64,000 bases of DNA, taken from positions 68,200,001-68,264,000 of the forward strand of contig OX597824.1 in NCBI GenBank assembly GCA_951406725.2, read 5' to 3'. This document shows positions 35,638 through 49,795 of the stretch, piece after piece. The notes under the pieces were generated by a model. That model searched no databases and was not told where the DNA came from. It saw nothing but the letters and a program-made list of their open reading frames with translations. A program made the position numbers and the translations under genes. The DNA is from Octopus vulgaris. Taxonomy: Eukaryota. Numbering within the stretch: position 1 is the first letter of the stretch; every line of letters starts with the position of its first letter.

Positions 35638-38600
35638 AAGGGTATGTGTGTTTGTGGAGTGCTCAGCCACTTACATGTTAATTTCATGAGCAGGCTGTTC
35701 TGTTGGAATCAACTGGAACAATCTTCATCGTAACTGACAGAGTGTCAAGAAGATGATAGATATGTTCAATGAGAGCTGACATCAGGGTTAAACAACAGCA
35801 TCTACACCTATATTGGTTTCAAATTTTGGCACAAGGCCAGTACTTTCGGGGGAGAAGGGGAGGTCAAGTATATGGACCCCAGTGTTTAACTGATACTTAT
35901 TTTATCGACTCCAAAGGATGAAAAGCAAAAGTTGACTTTGGCGGAATTTGAACTCAGAACATAAAGACAGATGAAATGCTGCTAAGCATTTTGTCTGATG
36001 TGATAATGATTCTACCAATTTATTGCCTTGTTCTATGTCTACACCAGTGTTGTAACCACTGATGTTGACAGTGTCACAGCCACATGACCCTTTATGCCCA
36101 TTTACTTTCCCTTGCAGGAATAAAAGTCAAGTTTCTCTTAATTCATATTATAGTGACCCCCTTCACTCATGAATGACCATATGATTGCACCTAGAAAGTA
36201 ACCCTGTGAGGCACAGGTTTGGGAAAGATTGTTTATGGAAGACCAGCAGTTGCCCATGCATACCAGACTCCTCTCTCCATGCCAATAATGTTATCCAAGG
36301 GAAAGGCAAAGGCTGATACAGCTTGGCACCAGTGACATCACAACCCATTTCTGCGGCTGGGTGAACTGGAGCAACAGGAAATAGAGTGTCTTGTTCAAGA
36401 ACACAACACAGAGCCCAGTCTGGGAATTGAGCTCACTACCTCATGATTGTGAGCCCGATGCTCTAACCACTGGGCCATGCCCCTTCACACCAACTTATAA
36501 AGGGAAGGATAATATAGATTTAGATGCAGTTTCTCATAAAGAGAAGAATGGACATAACCGTAACACCTTTGACCTTGGGCTTGCTTGATTAGGGCTGCCC
36601 CTTAGTCTAAACAGTATTGAAAAATACATCTTCATTATTGTGATTATTAGTTTTATATTCATGTTATTTCCAATGTGGGTTAGGGTTAGGCTGTAGCACA
36701 ACTATTTGTTTTTATAACTTGTTAATATCATGGGTGGAGCTGGGTTTTTTTTTCTCTTTTTCATATAATTGCTTTCACCCACCACTTGATAAATATGGCT
36801 CTGTGAAAAGTTTCTTTGAATAAAGCAACTACTCTGAACCTGTGATTGATCTATTAGAAATCTATAACTTACAATGTTTTGGCTTGCAGATGTACAGAGC
36901 AAGTTAAAAAAGTAAAAATTTGCTGTCATTTAGCTGTGATTGAGAAAATATAGTACTGCAAAATTGCAACTATTGTATCAAAGAAAATGTCTTGCCAGTC
37001 TGGTTTTGATGTCTTCTTTTCCACCATTCCAAATTGGTTTGTATTTGCTGGGAACAGAAAATGAGTTTGTTTACCTTGTATATCTTTAATCTTTTTCCTT
37101 AATTATTGTTTCATACTGTACATCATATCGATGCAATGTCAGACAAGAGATGGGGTTACTAGATCCCTGTACACCTCTTCTTCATTTCTGGGAAAAGGGC
37201 TGTTGTGTGTGGTACCCCATGATCCATCTCATAGGTATTTCTGACTGATGACGACAATATAAATACATACATTAGAGAGAGAGAAAGACAGACAGACAGA
37301 CAGACAGAGCAAGAGAGAGAGAGAGAGAAAGACAGACAGATAGAGCAAGAGAGAGAGAGCAATGAACCTCACTATGTGACTGGTATTCTATCAGTACAAA
37401 GGAAGTTATTATGCTAGGCCTTTGAAGCTATCCCTTTCGAGGGCTTATGTTTCTCAGTGAGATCGATATGAAAGTTGATTAAACACTGGAAAAAAATTTG
37501 GGCTTCAAAATTTCTTACAATGAAATGGTTTACAGAAAAGAACCTCTGTGTGGTTGCTTGATCTGCTAGAAATATCAGTTAACTCTTCCTCAAATTAGGG
37601 TGTTGGACTCATGATTGGCATTTTAGCAAGTTTAAATTGATTTCTTTCACGCCATAAGACATTTTCATTTCTGTAGTGCCCCCATCCCTTGATGTGCTAA
37701 GCTTGTGTTTATTTTGCTTTATGGTTAATCCAGCACTGTCTCCAGTATCTGACTGATATTTATTTTATTGACCTCTGAAATGATGAAATGCAAAGCTGAC
37801 CTCAGTGGATTTTGGATTCAGAACAGAGAGACAGATTAAATACTGTTAAGCACTTTGTCTGGTGTACCAATGATTCTGTCAGCTCGCCACCTGAAAAGGG
37901 TTAAATTAAAAAAAAAAAATCTTATGTAGGTGTCATGTCTTTACGTAGATAACAGTCACTTTACAGCTGCTGTAGTTACTTGGTTATGACTGATTACAAT
38001 GAGAAACCAAGCCAGGTTAAAGAGAAGCAGGATATAATTCTGTATTACATATTTAAATATCTGAAACAAGTTGTTAACGAGATTATAATTATTTGTAATT
38101 ATTGGTTTCATCTTTCAAGTGTTTATTTTACAATACATATCTAGACTAACGCTTTGATCTCTTTGATCTCCCGGCAGTCATCGGATTGTCTGTCTTATTA
38201 CTGCATTCAAACTAGCAGTGCAAATGTTTGTGTGAGTGTGTGCTTATGCATATGTGTGAAGACACACACACTCACACGTGTATATATACTTGCACAAATA
38301 CATGTGCATGCACGTGTATACACACATACATACACAATGGGGGGGTATTCATACTTTGATCTGGAAAGTCTTACATGTAGATATCAGTGATGTGGGGTTG
38401 AGGTGTGATGGGAGCATTGATGACTAAGTAGTTGGAAGCCGTCTTTCTCTTGACTGTGACCCCTTATTGATAGTGTTTCAATCTGAAGTATTCTCTTCAG
38501 TTGAATAATCAAATTTTCAATAAAACATCCGGGGAGGGGTCACAGAGAGTAGAAAGAGATGATGGCTGAAGAGGGTGAAATCATTGTAGTGTGCTTATCG

Positions 38601-40191
38601 TGGTCTTTACTGCTCGGTGGGAATTATCGAATTGAATATTTTCAACTAATGTAGGTGACTTGATGGGTGTTAATTATTTGGTGATGTATTACCACCTGAC
38701 AATTGGACCTTGTGCATGAAAACTGCTGACCTGTTTGGTGTGCTCACTGCTTTGCTTCTTCAGGAAGTGACAAGAACTGCTGGTCAAGAAGATCCATATG
38801 CTGCCAACAGTTACCCTGTGTGTGGTTGGCAAGTGGTGGGGTAGGTGGGATGTCTTGGGATGCTGTAGCTGATGATATATTGGCATGACATGTCTAGAGG
38901 TTCCTGGCTCACAACAATGGTAAACAAAGTGTGATCAGTTTTTGTGTGACATATTGTTATTGGTCAGGAAGGGCCCTACGCTGTTGATGGCACTCTGGTA
39001 TGATATGCCTGTAGAGGTTCCTGGTTCACAACACTGTTAAACAAAGAATAACAACTGTTTGTGGTCAGTGTTTGTGTGACACAATGTTTGTGGTCAGGAA
39101 AGTCCATATGCTGTGGCTGATGACACACTGGCATGGCATGTCTAGAGGTTCCTGGCTCACAACATTGGTAAACTGAGTGTTATAAATGCTTGTGCGACAC
39201 ATCCTGTAGCTGATCTCTTTGACCAAGATGTAGTCCTGGGTGAAGTACAGACCATGGCTGGGTATTGGACATCTACTATATATCCAGGTACTCACGGCTC
39301 TCTGCCAGTAAATCTGTATGGTTGGTGGAATGTTAACCCTCATTTTGTAGAGGGTTAGTAGAGGATATGGGTAATAAAAATGCAGGAGTGATTCTGAGTA
39401 GCCATGAGTACTTTCACATCAGGGATTTTGGACAATTTCCAAACATCCTTGGTATGGTATTGCTGTAGAGGGTCTTAACCCCTTTTTCAAGATAAACTCT
39501 ACAGGCATGTTCTTGTTAAAGCCACTGGCAACTGATTCTTTCTAATCACAAACATGTGATATATCTTTTTAGTAGACAGTTCTTCAGTTTGTCATTGTCA
39601 ATTTGTGGGTTTATGTTGAACAGCTGTTATCATTTGCAGTATGGATCTGGTGAAAAAATGAGTTTATTCTGTACATGAACCTATTGCCTTCTTTTGACGA
39701 GAAAGAGAGAATAGTTTCCCTCCCTCAATTACATACTATTGTAAGCTTAGATATACAATACTCATTGGTCATTGCTAGAATACATTTTACCATAGGTCTT
39801 CTTAGACATGGGTGACCTGGTGTTAAACAACAGTATCAAAGGCAATATGTGTCAAGTCGCTAAGTTAAATGTCACTTACTAAATTATGAGTTATAAGGTA
39901 GGAGAAGAGAGAAAACTTCTCTGTAATTGCTCAACATGACCACACTTTTTATAACAATCTAATGGCAGTTTATTCCCTCTCTCTCTCTCTCCTTTCTAAT
40001 GTGATGAGGTAAGCAAGTGATACTGGAAGGGAAGGGGTGGAAAACTGGTATTTGTATGCATGTGTGTGTGTGTGGAAGGGGTGACCCAGAAAATTCGCCC
40101 ACATCAAAACCTCTCTTTCTAAAGCACACACAAATACACACACAAATAATAGATGCAATCATACAGACTGACATAGCTCTGTTCATCTGTT

Positions 40192-41465
40192 TGTTATCAT
40201 TTTGTATATAATCATTTAATATATTATTATAACGTAGTTACTCATTGCCAATTATTGTAGTATCGCCACTATTTATGACAATATTTTTTTTATACTATAA
40301 CTGTAGTAACAATAAAACATATAACAAAGCAGGGTTAACAACAATGTGATATTCCAACAAACTACCAAAATGACACCTTATGACTTCCTATGATTAATGC
40401 CTACACCGCCTCACTCAGATCGCTACTGTTTATAGTCATTCGGTCAAGTCTGTTCTCGCAGGAGATGTTGTGATTCTTGCCATAACATCTCCCCTTTTGA
40501 GATTTTAACTTCTGTAGGAAGTGAAATTCATTTTAGTATTTTTTTTCTTTCTTTCCAATGCCTCTCCCTTTTTGAAATTTTGCTTCATGAGGGAGTTCAG
40601 TACCTTTTCCGCTTAGGAATTATTTCTAAATGTTCAGTCTGTTTATGTTTTCTATTACTGATCTTTCTAGGCTCAATCTCTTTCAGTGCTGGTACATCAA
40701 ACATGTCATAAAACAGTTCCATTGGCATTTTCTTCCTTTCTTCTGTATTTCTGATTTTTAATTGATTTGGGTGTCATTTATGCTCCCATCATTGTCTTTT
40801 TACTAAGCACATCATGTTCGCAAAATTTTTTGGTCACTTCACCATCCTGCCAACTCTCTTTACCATTCTTGTATACTTTGAAATGAACTTTGTCTCCGAC
40901 ATCAAAATGTTTAGTTGAATTTTTTGCATTTTCTCTATATGTTTTTTCCTTTGGCAACAATTTGTCAAAGATCAGTTTAATCTCTCAAGCGAACATTAGT
41001 TCTGAAAGCGACCTGCCTGAACTGGTATTTGGATTGGGTGTTATTCTGTACACCCTTAAGAATTTATTTAGCACTTCATCATTCCCTAACTCGTTCCTTT
41101 TCTGATTGTAATGCAGCTATCACCATATATACCAGTGGTTCTACATTCTTCAGAATTAGCCTAGATAAACAATCTGCATGGTCAATTTTCTTAGAAAAAA
41201 TGAACTCCATCTTAAAGTTGTAATTTAACAATATTGTACCCCAGTGTTTTAATCTGTTAGTTGTATGGGTAGGAATTCCTTTCTGCAACCTGAAAATTGA
41301 TAGTAACGGTTGGTGGTCCGCGTGAAGCTGAAAACTTCTACTGTGGAGAAATCTGTGAAATTTCTTCCCGGCAAAAATAATCACTAGAACTTCTTTCTCT
41401 ATCTGATTGTAATTTTTTTCTGCTCCAATCAGAGCACATGAGGCATGAACCAATGCCTTCATATT
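40192..41465 (-). mobile_element. Gypsy (Mag-like) LTR retrotransposon remnant: RNase H, integrase C-terminus, PPT and 3' LTR
   Basis: AEKNYNQIEKE...DHQPLLSIF...ADCLSRL (RNase H) is joined to FLRVYRITP...ELMF (integrase end). A purine tract near 40490 precedes an LTR at 40192-40487 with TGTTAT...ATAACA termini. Confidence 0.85.
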
Positions 41466-41471
41466 ACTGTC

Positions 41472-41489
<18 letters not shown>

Positions 41490-41504
<15 letters not shown>

Positions 41505-42345
41505 GTTGGCATCCTTTTTGTCTAGTCCGGCTTTTACATTTCATGTCCTAATACATCTTGCTGTGGGTGTATTGTGGTCCTGTCCTGGACAAACACTCCC
41601 TCTGGTAGGCGCCTCAAATATAGTGACGACTTTGCCTGGTTGGTTGTAATGTCATGGTTTCTTGTTGACGTTTTTTCTTGTCTTTCCATTTCCCCTCCTT
41701 TGTGTTTCCTCTTTTACAGTACGTTGCCAATCTCCACTGTTGCTGGCAACTTCTATCCAGTTGCTAATATTGATGTCACAGGCCTTCATGTCCCTTTTGC
41801 AAGCATCCTTGTATCATAAGAACAGTCTTCCCACAGACCTAGTGCCCCTAGCAAGCTCTCTGTAGAGTATGTCCTTGGGGATTCTGCCATCTTCCATACG
41901 GCTAACATGTCTAAGTCATCGCATACATCTTTATGTGAGGAGTGCAAACATGCTTGGTATTCCTGCTTGCTTGAGGACATCTTTGTTGGGTACATGATTT
42001 TGCCATTTGATGCCGAGGATTTTCTGGAGGCAGTGCAGGTGAAAGATATTTAGGCGACGCTCTTGGCGTGTGTATGGCGTCCAAGTCTCACTTCCATACA
42101 GTAGAGTGCTAAGTACACATGCCTGGTAAATCTTCATTTTTGTTGTCTTAGTCAGCTTTTTGTTGTCCCAAGCCTGTTTGGAGAGTTGGGCCATCACAGC
42201 AGCTGCCTTGCCAATGTGTATATTGAGCTTGCCATCAAGAGATAGGTTGTAGGTGATGGTAGAGCCAAGATAGGTAAACTTCTCCACCTCCTGTAGTCTT
42301 TGGTTTCCGAAATGTATGTTTGGGATGTCCAATGTAGTCTGACCC
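41490..42345 (-). mobile_element. RTE (BovB-like) LINE 3' half
   Basis: VEKFTYLGSTIT...CVLSTLLYGSETW...LQKILGIKWQ; (caa)n tail near 41490. Confidence 0.9.
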
Positions 42346-42550
42346 CCGTGTCCCATTGGTTAGCTACTGCCCACCTCAAGCTGAGCAGCCCCCGGGTAAT
42401 AAGGTGTTGACCCGCCACAGGCCACCTGCTTCATTGGGTGCTTGGAGCTAAGAGTTTGACTTGAAAAACAGCCTGCAACCTGTGCACCAGGCAAACAACT
42501 AAAAGACAAGAAACCACCAATCCTGCAGTTAGCAAGCTGGAATGTTTAAA
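42345..42550 (+). mobile_element. RTE 5' UTR and start of APE, inverted relative to the adjacent RTE 3' half
   Basis: Encodes CAPGKQLKDKKPPILQLASWNV, the typical start of an RTE endonuclease. Confidence 0.6.
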
Positions 42551-42569
42551 ACAATGTAATCTTCTCTTC

Positions 42570-42809
42570 AGGGAAGTGAAGAAATGAAATTCGTCAATAA
42601 GACATTTTAACAGAAAATTTTTTTTTTTTTGTAAAAGATTTCTCCGGGCTTGCATTAGGCAAGAAGTTAAAATTGTTTTTGGCCCATGACACTGCAAGTA
42701 AATCTTGTGTAAAATTTGAATGAAATCCATCTGGTAATTCTTGAGTTTTAGTGATGCACACATACAGACAGACAGACAAACACATTCTCAGTTTTATATA
42801 TATATAGAT
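42570..42809 (-). mobile_element. Helitron-type 5' terminal fragment
   Basis: Ends (+) acagacagacaaacacattctcagttttatatatatatagat, i.e. a minus-strand A|TC start like 763-1152. A similar fragment lies at ~30-114. Confidence 0.5.
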
Positions 42810-45327
42810 ATACTGTTGAATACAAACTATTACTTTAGATATGCATCTCTATATCGGTTTGTCTGTCTCATCTCTTCCTTTTCTTTCACTTTCTTAAGGT
42901 TTTCTCATGAAGCGGCCTCTGCTTTCTGTTGAGCCCCTATTTGGTTGCTGTTTTGTATATTTGTATACCTTGTCTACCTAGTTCAGTCTGTTCTTTTCTA
43001 CACTTTTAGTTTTTCCCTCTATTCTCAATACCATTTTTTTTTCATTTGCACAATTTTCTTTCTTTATCTTTTGAAACCTAATCTTTTAATTGAGGAAACG
43101 CTCAACCCAATATATTTCTAATTTACGGCACTTGAAAGTTACATTTATGGATCTATAAGTATATTTAGCCAAATAACTGATAAGATTAAGTATATAATTT
43201 TATGAAATATCATACATGCATGCGCATGCGCGCGAGCACACACACACACACATGTAAGCACTTCAAATGTAAAGTCTTTGGTGTAAAAACGAACTATAAA
43301 AACAAGTACTCAATACTGAGAATAGAGTATCAAAATCACTGAATTGCTATATTGACTAAGATTCTCAGATGTTATACATTATACATTGATGGTCACAATG
43401 TGCTTCCTCGCATTGTAGCTTTTGAATGATTCTACCCTGCCAGCTGGGCTGGCATTCTGGCCAACATTCCCTTTGAATGGAACTCTAGCAGTGGCATGTG
43501 GTGGTTGTTGTCACACCCAGTGCTACCAGATTTCAAGCAGAGTTGTAACAAAAAGTTCTGAGTAAAGTTAATATTTATAGTGAATTTGCTGTTTTCAATG
43601 GGTGTGCAGCACACCTAGCACACTCGGGATATACACCCCTGAACTCTAGTCCATTGCAGGGTAACCCATTTACAGCTAAGGAGATTGAAGCATCCCTCTC
43701 TCTCTTTCGGAGAGGCACTGAGCAGCTATACGCACACATACACACACGGCAGTAACTTCCACCTACCGAATTCAATCACAAAGCTCCGGTCGGCTCGGGG
43801 CTATAGTGGAAGACACCTACCCAAAGTGCCACACAGTGGGACTGAACCCGAAACCATGTAGCTAGGAAGCAAGCTCCCTAACCACACAGCCATGCCCGCG
43901 CCTACATCATAAAATGAAATGCTTTGCTCAAGAATACAATGTGCCACTAATCTTGGAATCAAAACCATGACTGCAAGATTGTGAGTTGCAACACTCTAAC
44001 TATTATGCTAAGCACCTCCACAGAGTATTAAATATGTTTATGAAAATTTCTTTTTGGTAATCACCATTACTATACCAAGGCTGAAGTAAGCCCAACTGAT
44101 GCCCTAAGCACAGGAACCCTTCTGTCATATAGCTAACTTGTTGTTAATATTTTTGTTGCTATATTTATACTGGAATACATTGACACTGTTTCTATTCATT
44201 TTGAAAAGAAAGAAGAATTTAGTAAAATAACAGTCATTATCAACTGAATTTAGCATTTAAACTAGCCATATCTGGCCCAAATATTCTACCTGTTCTATGC
44301 TGAAACCAGCTGGGTCTGGCCCCTCACACCTACCCTGCAATTATCATTCTATGTGCAGGTGTTGCAGGTGTGACTTTATGGTAAGAAGCTTGCCTTCCAA
44401 CCACATGGTTCTGAGTTCAGTCTCACTGCATGACACCTAGGGCAAGTGTTTTCTACTATAACCTCGGGCTGACCAAAGCCTTGTGAGTGGATTTGGTAGA
44501 TGGAAACTGAAAGAAACCCGTCGTATATGTGTGTGTGTGTATCTTTGTAGCCTGTGTTTGTCCCCACCAACACTGCTTGACAACTGGTGTTGGTGTGTTT
44601 ATATCCCCGTAACTTAGCAGTTCAGCAAAAACGACTGATTGCATAAATACTAAGCTTTAAAGAAAATATAAGCCCTGGAGTTAATTCATTCGACTAAAGC
44701 CCTTCCTTCAAAGCAGTGCTCCAGTATGGTCACTGTCAAATGACTGAAACAAGTAAAAGAATAAAAATAAAAACTATCACACCACCAAACTCTCAAAGTT
44801 ATGAGGTAATGCGTGATTTATTGAAAACAATGTGAAGAAATAAACATTACATTAGTCAATGCAATCTGAATGGTAAAGAGGTAAGACAGGAAGTTTGTTT
44901 CACAAAAACTGTGCAGGACAGTGGTGAAGGGGACTATTTCAAGCAGATTGGTGTCAAAAGGGTTAACATATAACAGCCGAATGTAAAACTATAAATTGAA
45001 TACTCAATTTTCTTCCAGGCCAGACCAGACCAGACCTCCCTGACCCCTCTCCCCCAAATATATTAAATATAACTTTTTTTTTTGTTCTTTTCAATTACCT
45101 TAAATAGCAGTAACAATATATGCAAAATATTGACTTGTCCCTTGAGGAAGAAGAAAAACTGCAAATTCAGCTGCACAATTTGCACCATGGTGAATATAAA
45201 TCCCGCTCCTTCCCCACCCAGCACCTGCCTTTCTCTTGTTGCACTAAACACGTGCTGATTTTGTTTTATAGTTAATCCAGTCCTGGCCACTACAACGACT
45301 GCTGTTATCCTCAATGTCAGTTATATA

Positions 45328-45366
<39 letters not shown>

Positions 45367-45399
45367 CTTGCTTATACTTCTGTATTCTTCACCAATATT

Positions 45400-46020
45400 T
45401 ATTACCACTGTCACTATGACATCATTACTAAAGCCGCCACCACTACCATCACAGCTACTGCCATCAGCAACATCACAACCACTATGACCAACACCACCAC
45501 CACCACTACCACCAACAACACCACCACTACCACCACCACTACCAACAACAATACCACCACCACTACTGCATATATTACCACTACAATTAACTCCGCCAAC
45601 ACCACCACCACTACCACCAACACCACAACTACTGCCAACACCACCACCACTATTAACACCACTACCACTACTACCACCAGCACCACCACCACCACTACCA
45701 ACACCACCACCAACAACACCACTACCAACACTACTACCACACACCACCACCATCACCATCAGCAACATCACAACTACTGCACGCACACACATACACATTG
45801 CTATGCTGTCACCATTACCACTACCATACCATTACTATTATCATCACTATCACCACCACTAACTATTACTACCATTATAACTACCACTCCCACTAGCATC
45901 TACTAGTAGTACCTCGACTTCCACCTATCACATCACTCACCACCACCACTGCCGCCACCACCACCACTTCCATCATCACCACTGCTGCCACCACCACCAC
46001 CACCATCATCACCATCATTA
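45400..46020. repeat. (CAC/ACT/AAC)n low-complexity trinucleotide tract
   Basis: Source of the poly-T, poly-G/V and poly-V ORFs. Confidence 0.9.
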
Positions 46021-46762
46021 TCGGTACCCCCACAACTACTAAATTTATTACTAATATTTGCTATCTACTTGAATATTTGCATTTCTTATCAGTGTTCTCT
46101 TCAGGTCAGCAGATCTCTGTACTTATTTATAATCATTAACCCCCCACCCACCTCTGCTACAATCACCCTCCCCCCATATAACAACCACAACACTACATTA
46201 CCACTGTTACCAGCCACCACCTTCCCCACTCTTTTGGTTATTTCTCTTCATTTTTCTATTTCCCATGGAGATAGGTGCCTCCACTCGGTCATTCACACGC
46301 ACAAACACTTATAGATACACATGTACATTCATTCACTCATTGAAAATGGGGTTTCAATTCTAAGTCTATTTGAAATAGGGGAGATAATGGAAAGTATAAA
46401 ACCAACAGTGTCAGCATTCCATCCTTTCCACCGCCACCAACACCACCATCACCACCATCATCATCATCATCACTCTGAAAGAATAAGCTAAGGCTAGCAA
46501 GAGTACTTTTATATAACATAATGATGATGATGATGATGATGATGATGAATCACTTTGTTTTCTCCTCTTTATAGTTGCCAAATCCTAATCTGTTTCAAGA
46601 AAGTCTTTATCATCTATAAAGAGAGAGAGAGAGGGGGATAAGAGAGGGAGAGAGGGGGAAAGAGTGAGAGGGAGAGAAGAGATAGCTGAATGGTTAGGGT
46701 ATTGCGCTATCTGCACACTGGGTTGTGAGTTCCATTCCACTGCAAGCATTTCACTGTGTTTC

Positions 46763-46948
46763 TGTTGTGTGGACGCCCCCAGACGATGAAGTAGGCTAGC
46801 CCAATACGTTGATATAGAGGGAGAAGCCTAGATGTTGAGCTGAGTCAAGAGAAGAGCTGAGTAGTAGAGGCATCCGAACATGTGAAATAACAGTGGCGAC
46901 GAGGATTTCGTAGCTCACACAGACACTGTGTAGTATTGCGATATAACA
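46763..46948 (+). mobile_element. 186-bp LTR-derived mini-element with an internal tRNA-Ser PBS and 5-bp TSD
   Basis: GTTTC TSD at 46758-46762 and 46949-46953; TGTT...AACA ends; internal ...AATAACA-g-TGGCGACGAGGAT at 46894-46906. Confidence 0.7.
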
Positions 46949-47769
46949 GTTTCTCAACAGAATAATTTACCATGCATTTATTAAAGTTATGGCTGAGTGC
47001 CTAAACCAAAAAGGGACTGAGCTGTGCTCATGACATTTGTAGCACCTCTGAAACTGGTTGGAGGGAGGAAAGAGGAAGAAATCACAGTTTAAGAGTTTTT
47101 ACTAACCACTACTCTGATACCTGTGAATAAGCCCAACAAGAAGTCAGTGACTGCTAGTATATAGGGCAGATATCCAAGGTGATACTCATGGGCCTGTGTT
47201 TTCTATTGTACCTGATGCAGGACCTGGTATCAAGTAAATTTTTTTCTACTCTTGGTACAAGGCCTGAAATTTTGGGGGAGGGAGCCAGTCGATTAGATCG
47301 ACCCCAGTATGCAACTGCTACTTAATTTATCGACCTGGAAAAGATGAAAGGTAAAGTTGACCTTGGCAGAATTTGAACTCAGAACATAAAGACAGACGAA
47401 ATACCGATAAGCATTTTGCCCGGCATACTAACATTTCTGCCAGCTTGCCTCCTTAGGCATCAAGTAAATTGGCACTATACAATAGAAAACTGGAATGATA
47501 GGAAGTCATTCTCAGGCCTGACTATATTTGTGTGTGTGTGTTCTCCATACATACACACACACACACACACATACACACTTATCATGAGAAAGATGGCACA
47601 GAGTGATGGTAAAGACTTGGCACAAAAAAACAAAAAAGAAACTGAAAAATACACAACAGACAACACAAACATGCTCGATCCTTCATCAGATGTTGATCAA
47701 ATACCATCATAATTTTGACACCTGATAGCAATATTGTACAATTTGGCAGTGTCAGCAATGGAAGCTGCT

Positions 47770-47990
47770 GAGCTACAACCCATTCATCTATTCCTAATTT
47801 CCTTAGCAACCACCTAATCACAGTGCAAGGGACCCTGGAAAAGGCCTATACCAGATCAACAAACATTAGGTATAAAGGCTTATATCAAGCCTTGAATTTC
47901 TTTTGCTTTTGTCTCCTGAGAAATATAGTATCAGCAGTGCCTGTCCCTGGCGCAAAGATTACTCCTGTCTCTAATCAGTTTTGCAAATGC
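47770..47990 (-). mobile_element. RTE LINE RT fragment
   Basis: FVDL.*AFSRVPCTVIRWLLRKLGIDEWVV, an RT subdomain. Confidence 0.6.
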
Positions 47991-48577
47991 TCTTTCTGTA
48001 ACTTTCATAACCTGACCCAACAGTTTGATGCTTCTGCAGTTACCTCATCCTTGTGCCTCTCTCTTACTCATGTAGCAATTTACTATAATACTACAGATCT
48101 AGTCACTGGATATTACACCTTGTATTAATTACTTTACTATTCAAGTGACTATCCTATACTCACTCCACCAGATATTTTAAGTATCTTGGCAACATTCCCT
48201 CATGGCCCAGCTGCTTTCCTTGTTTTTATACATCCCTTATTGCTCTGTCTGCAATATTGCTGTCAACTCGGATGGCTGTTCTCTCTGTTGGGTCTATGCA
48301 ATGTAGGGCCTCTCTCTATCTCTCTTTTTCTCTCTCTCTCCCCTATAGTGTCTCCGCATTCAACAATCTCTTCTAGTATCACTTCCATGTTACCACCTTA
48401 TCAGAATCAGTGAGGGCATGTGTGCCATTATCTTGAAAATATGTATTAGATATTTTATTTCAGTTCTAACTTAAGCTGTAATATTTTTAAGCTTCTAATT
48501 CTCATCCTGTACTTTGCGGGTTAATTAATTTCAATTAACTAAGAACACTACCACTCCTGCACCCATATTTTTTGTGC

Positions 48578-48661
<84 letters not shown>

Positions 48662-48724
48662 ATATATATGTGTACATATATGTATGTGTGTAGGTATATA
48701 TGTGTGTGTTTGTACCTCTCTCTT

Positions 48725-48758
<34 letters not shown>

Positions 48759-49143
48759 CACACATATATACAGATATATACACTCTTGGTGTGGTTGGCA
48801 TTAGGAAGGACATCTAGTTGTAGAAACCATGCCAAATCAGATTGAAACCTGGAGCAGCTCCCCAGTTTATCAGTTTTCAGTCAAACCGTCCAACCCATGC
48901 CAGCATGGAAAACAGATGATATATACATACATGCACATAGAATGCATACATACATACACTCACACACACACTGGTGCAGGCATGGCTTATGTGGTAAGAA
49001 ATTTGCTTCCCAACCACAAGATTCAAGGTCTATTCCCACTGCATGATACCTTGGGCAAGTGTATTCTACTATAGTCCTGGGCCAACTAAATCCTTTCAAG
49101 TGGATTTGTTACACGGAAAGTGAGAGAAGCCTGTCGTGTGTGT

Positions 49144-49208
<65 letters not shown>

Positions 49209-49753
49209 TCCCCCACCACTGCTTGAGAACCAATGTTGATTTGCTTACATCTCCATAACTTAACAGTTTGGCAAAAGAGAAGGAATAAGTGCTGAGATTA
49301 AAAAATAAGCAATAGGGCAAACAATTCAAGGCATTGCTCCAGCAAAGCCATAGTTCAATGACCAAAACTAACAGATAAAAGATATATTGCTCACTCAACC
49401 TGCTTATGCTACCAAATTATCTCACCTGCTCTCTTTCTACTAAACGACTTCCAGTTGACTTGTCCCTACCACCATGCATTTCTCACTCTCTCAGCACCCA
49501 TCTCTACTGAATCATTTCTGTTGACTTACCTTCATCGCCATACATCTCTTACTCTTCTCACACACTGCATCTGTCTTTCCACTCTCACTCATGCAAAACA
49601 TCAGGAGATGACAAGTGGTTGGCATTAGGAAGGGCATCCAGCCATACAAACCATGCCACAACAGACAATTGAAGTCTGGCCAGCTTGATGTCAAACCATC
49701 CAACCCATACCAGCATGGAAAGCAGACATTAAATGATGATGATTATGATGATG

Positions 49754-49795
<42 letters not shown>

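Noticed and set aside
45244-45906. Long Gly/Val/Thr-rich ORFs (184, 108 and 140 aa)
   Set aside because: Translations of a (CAC/ACT)n low-complexity tract, with no splice or domain support.
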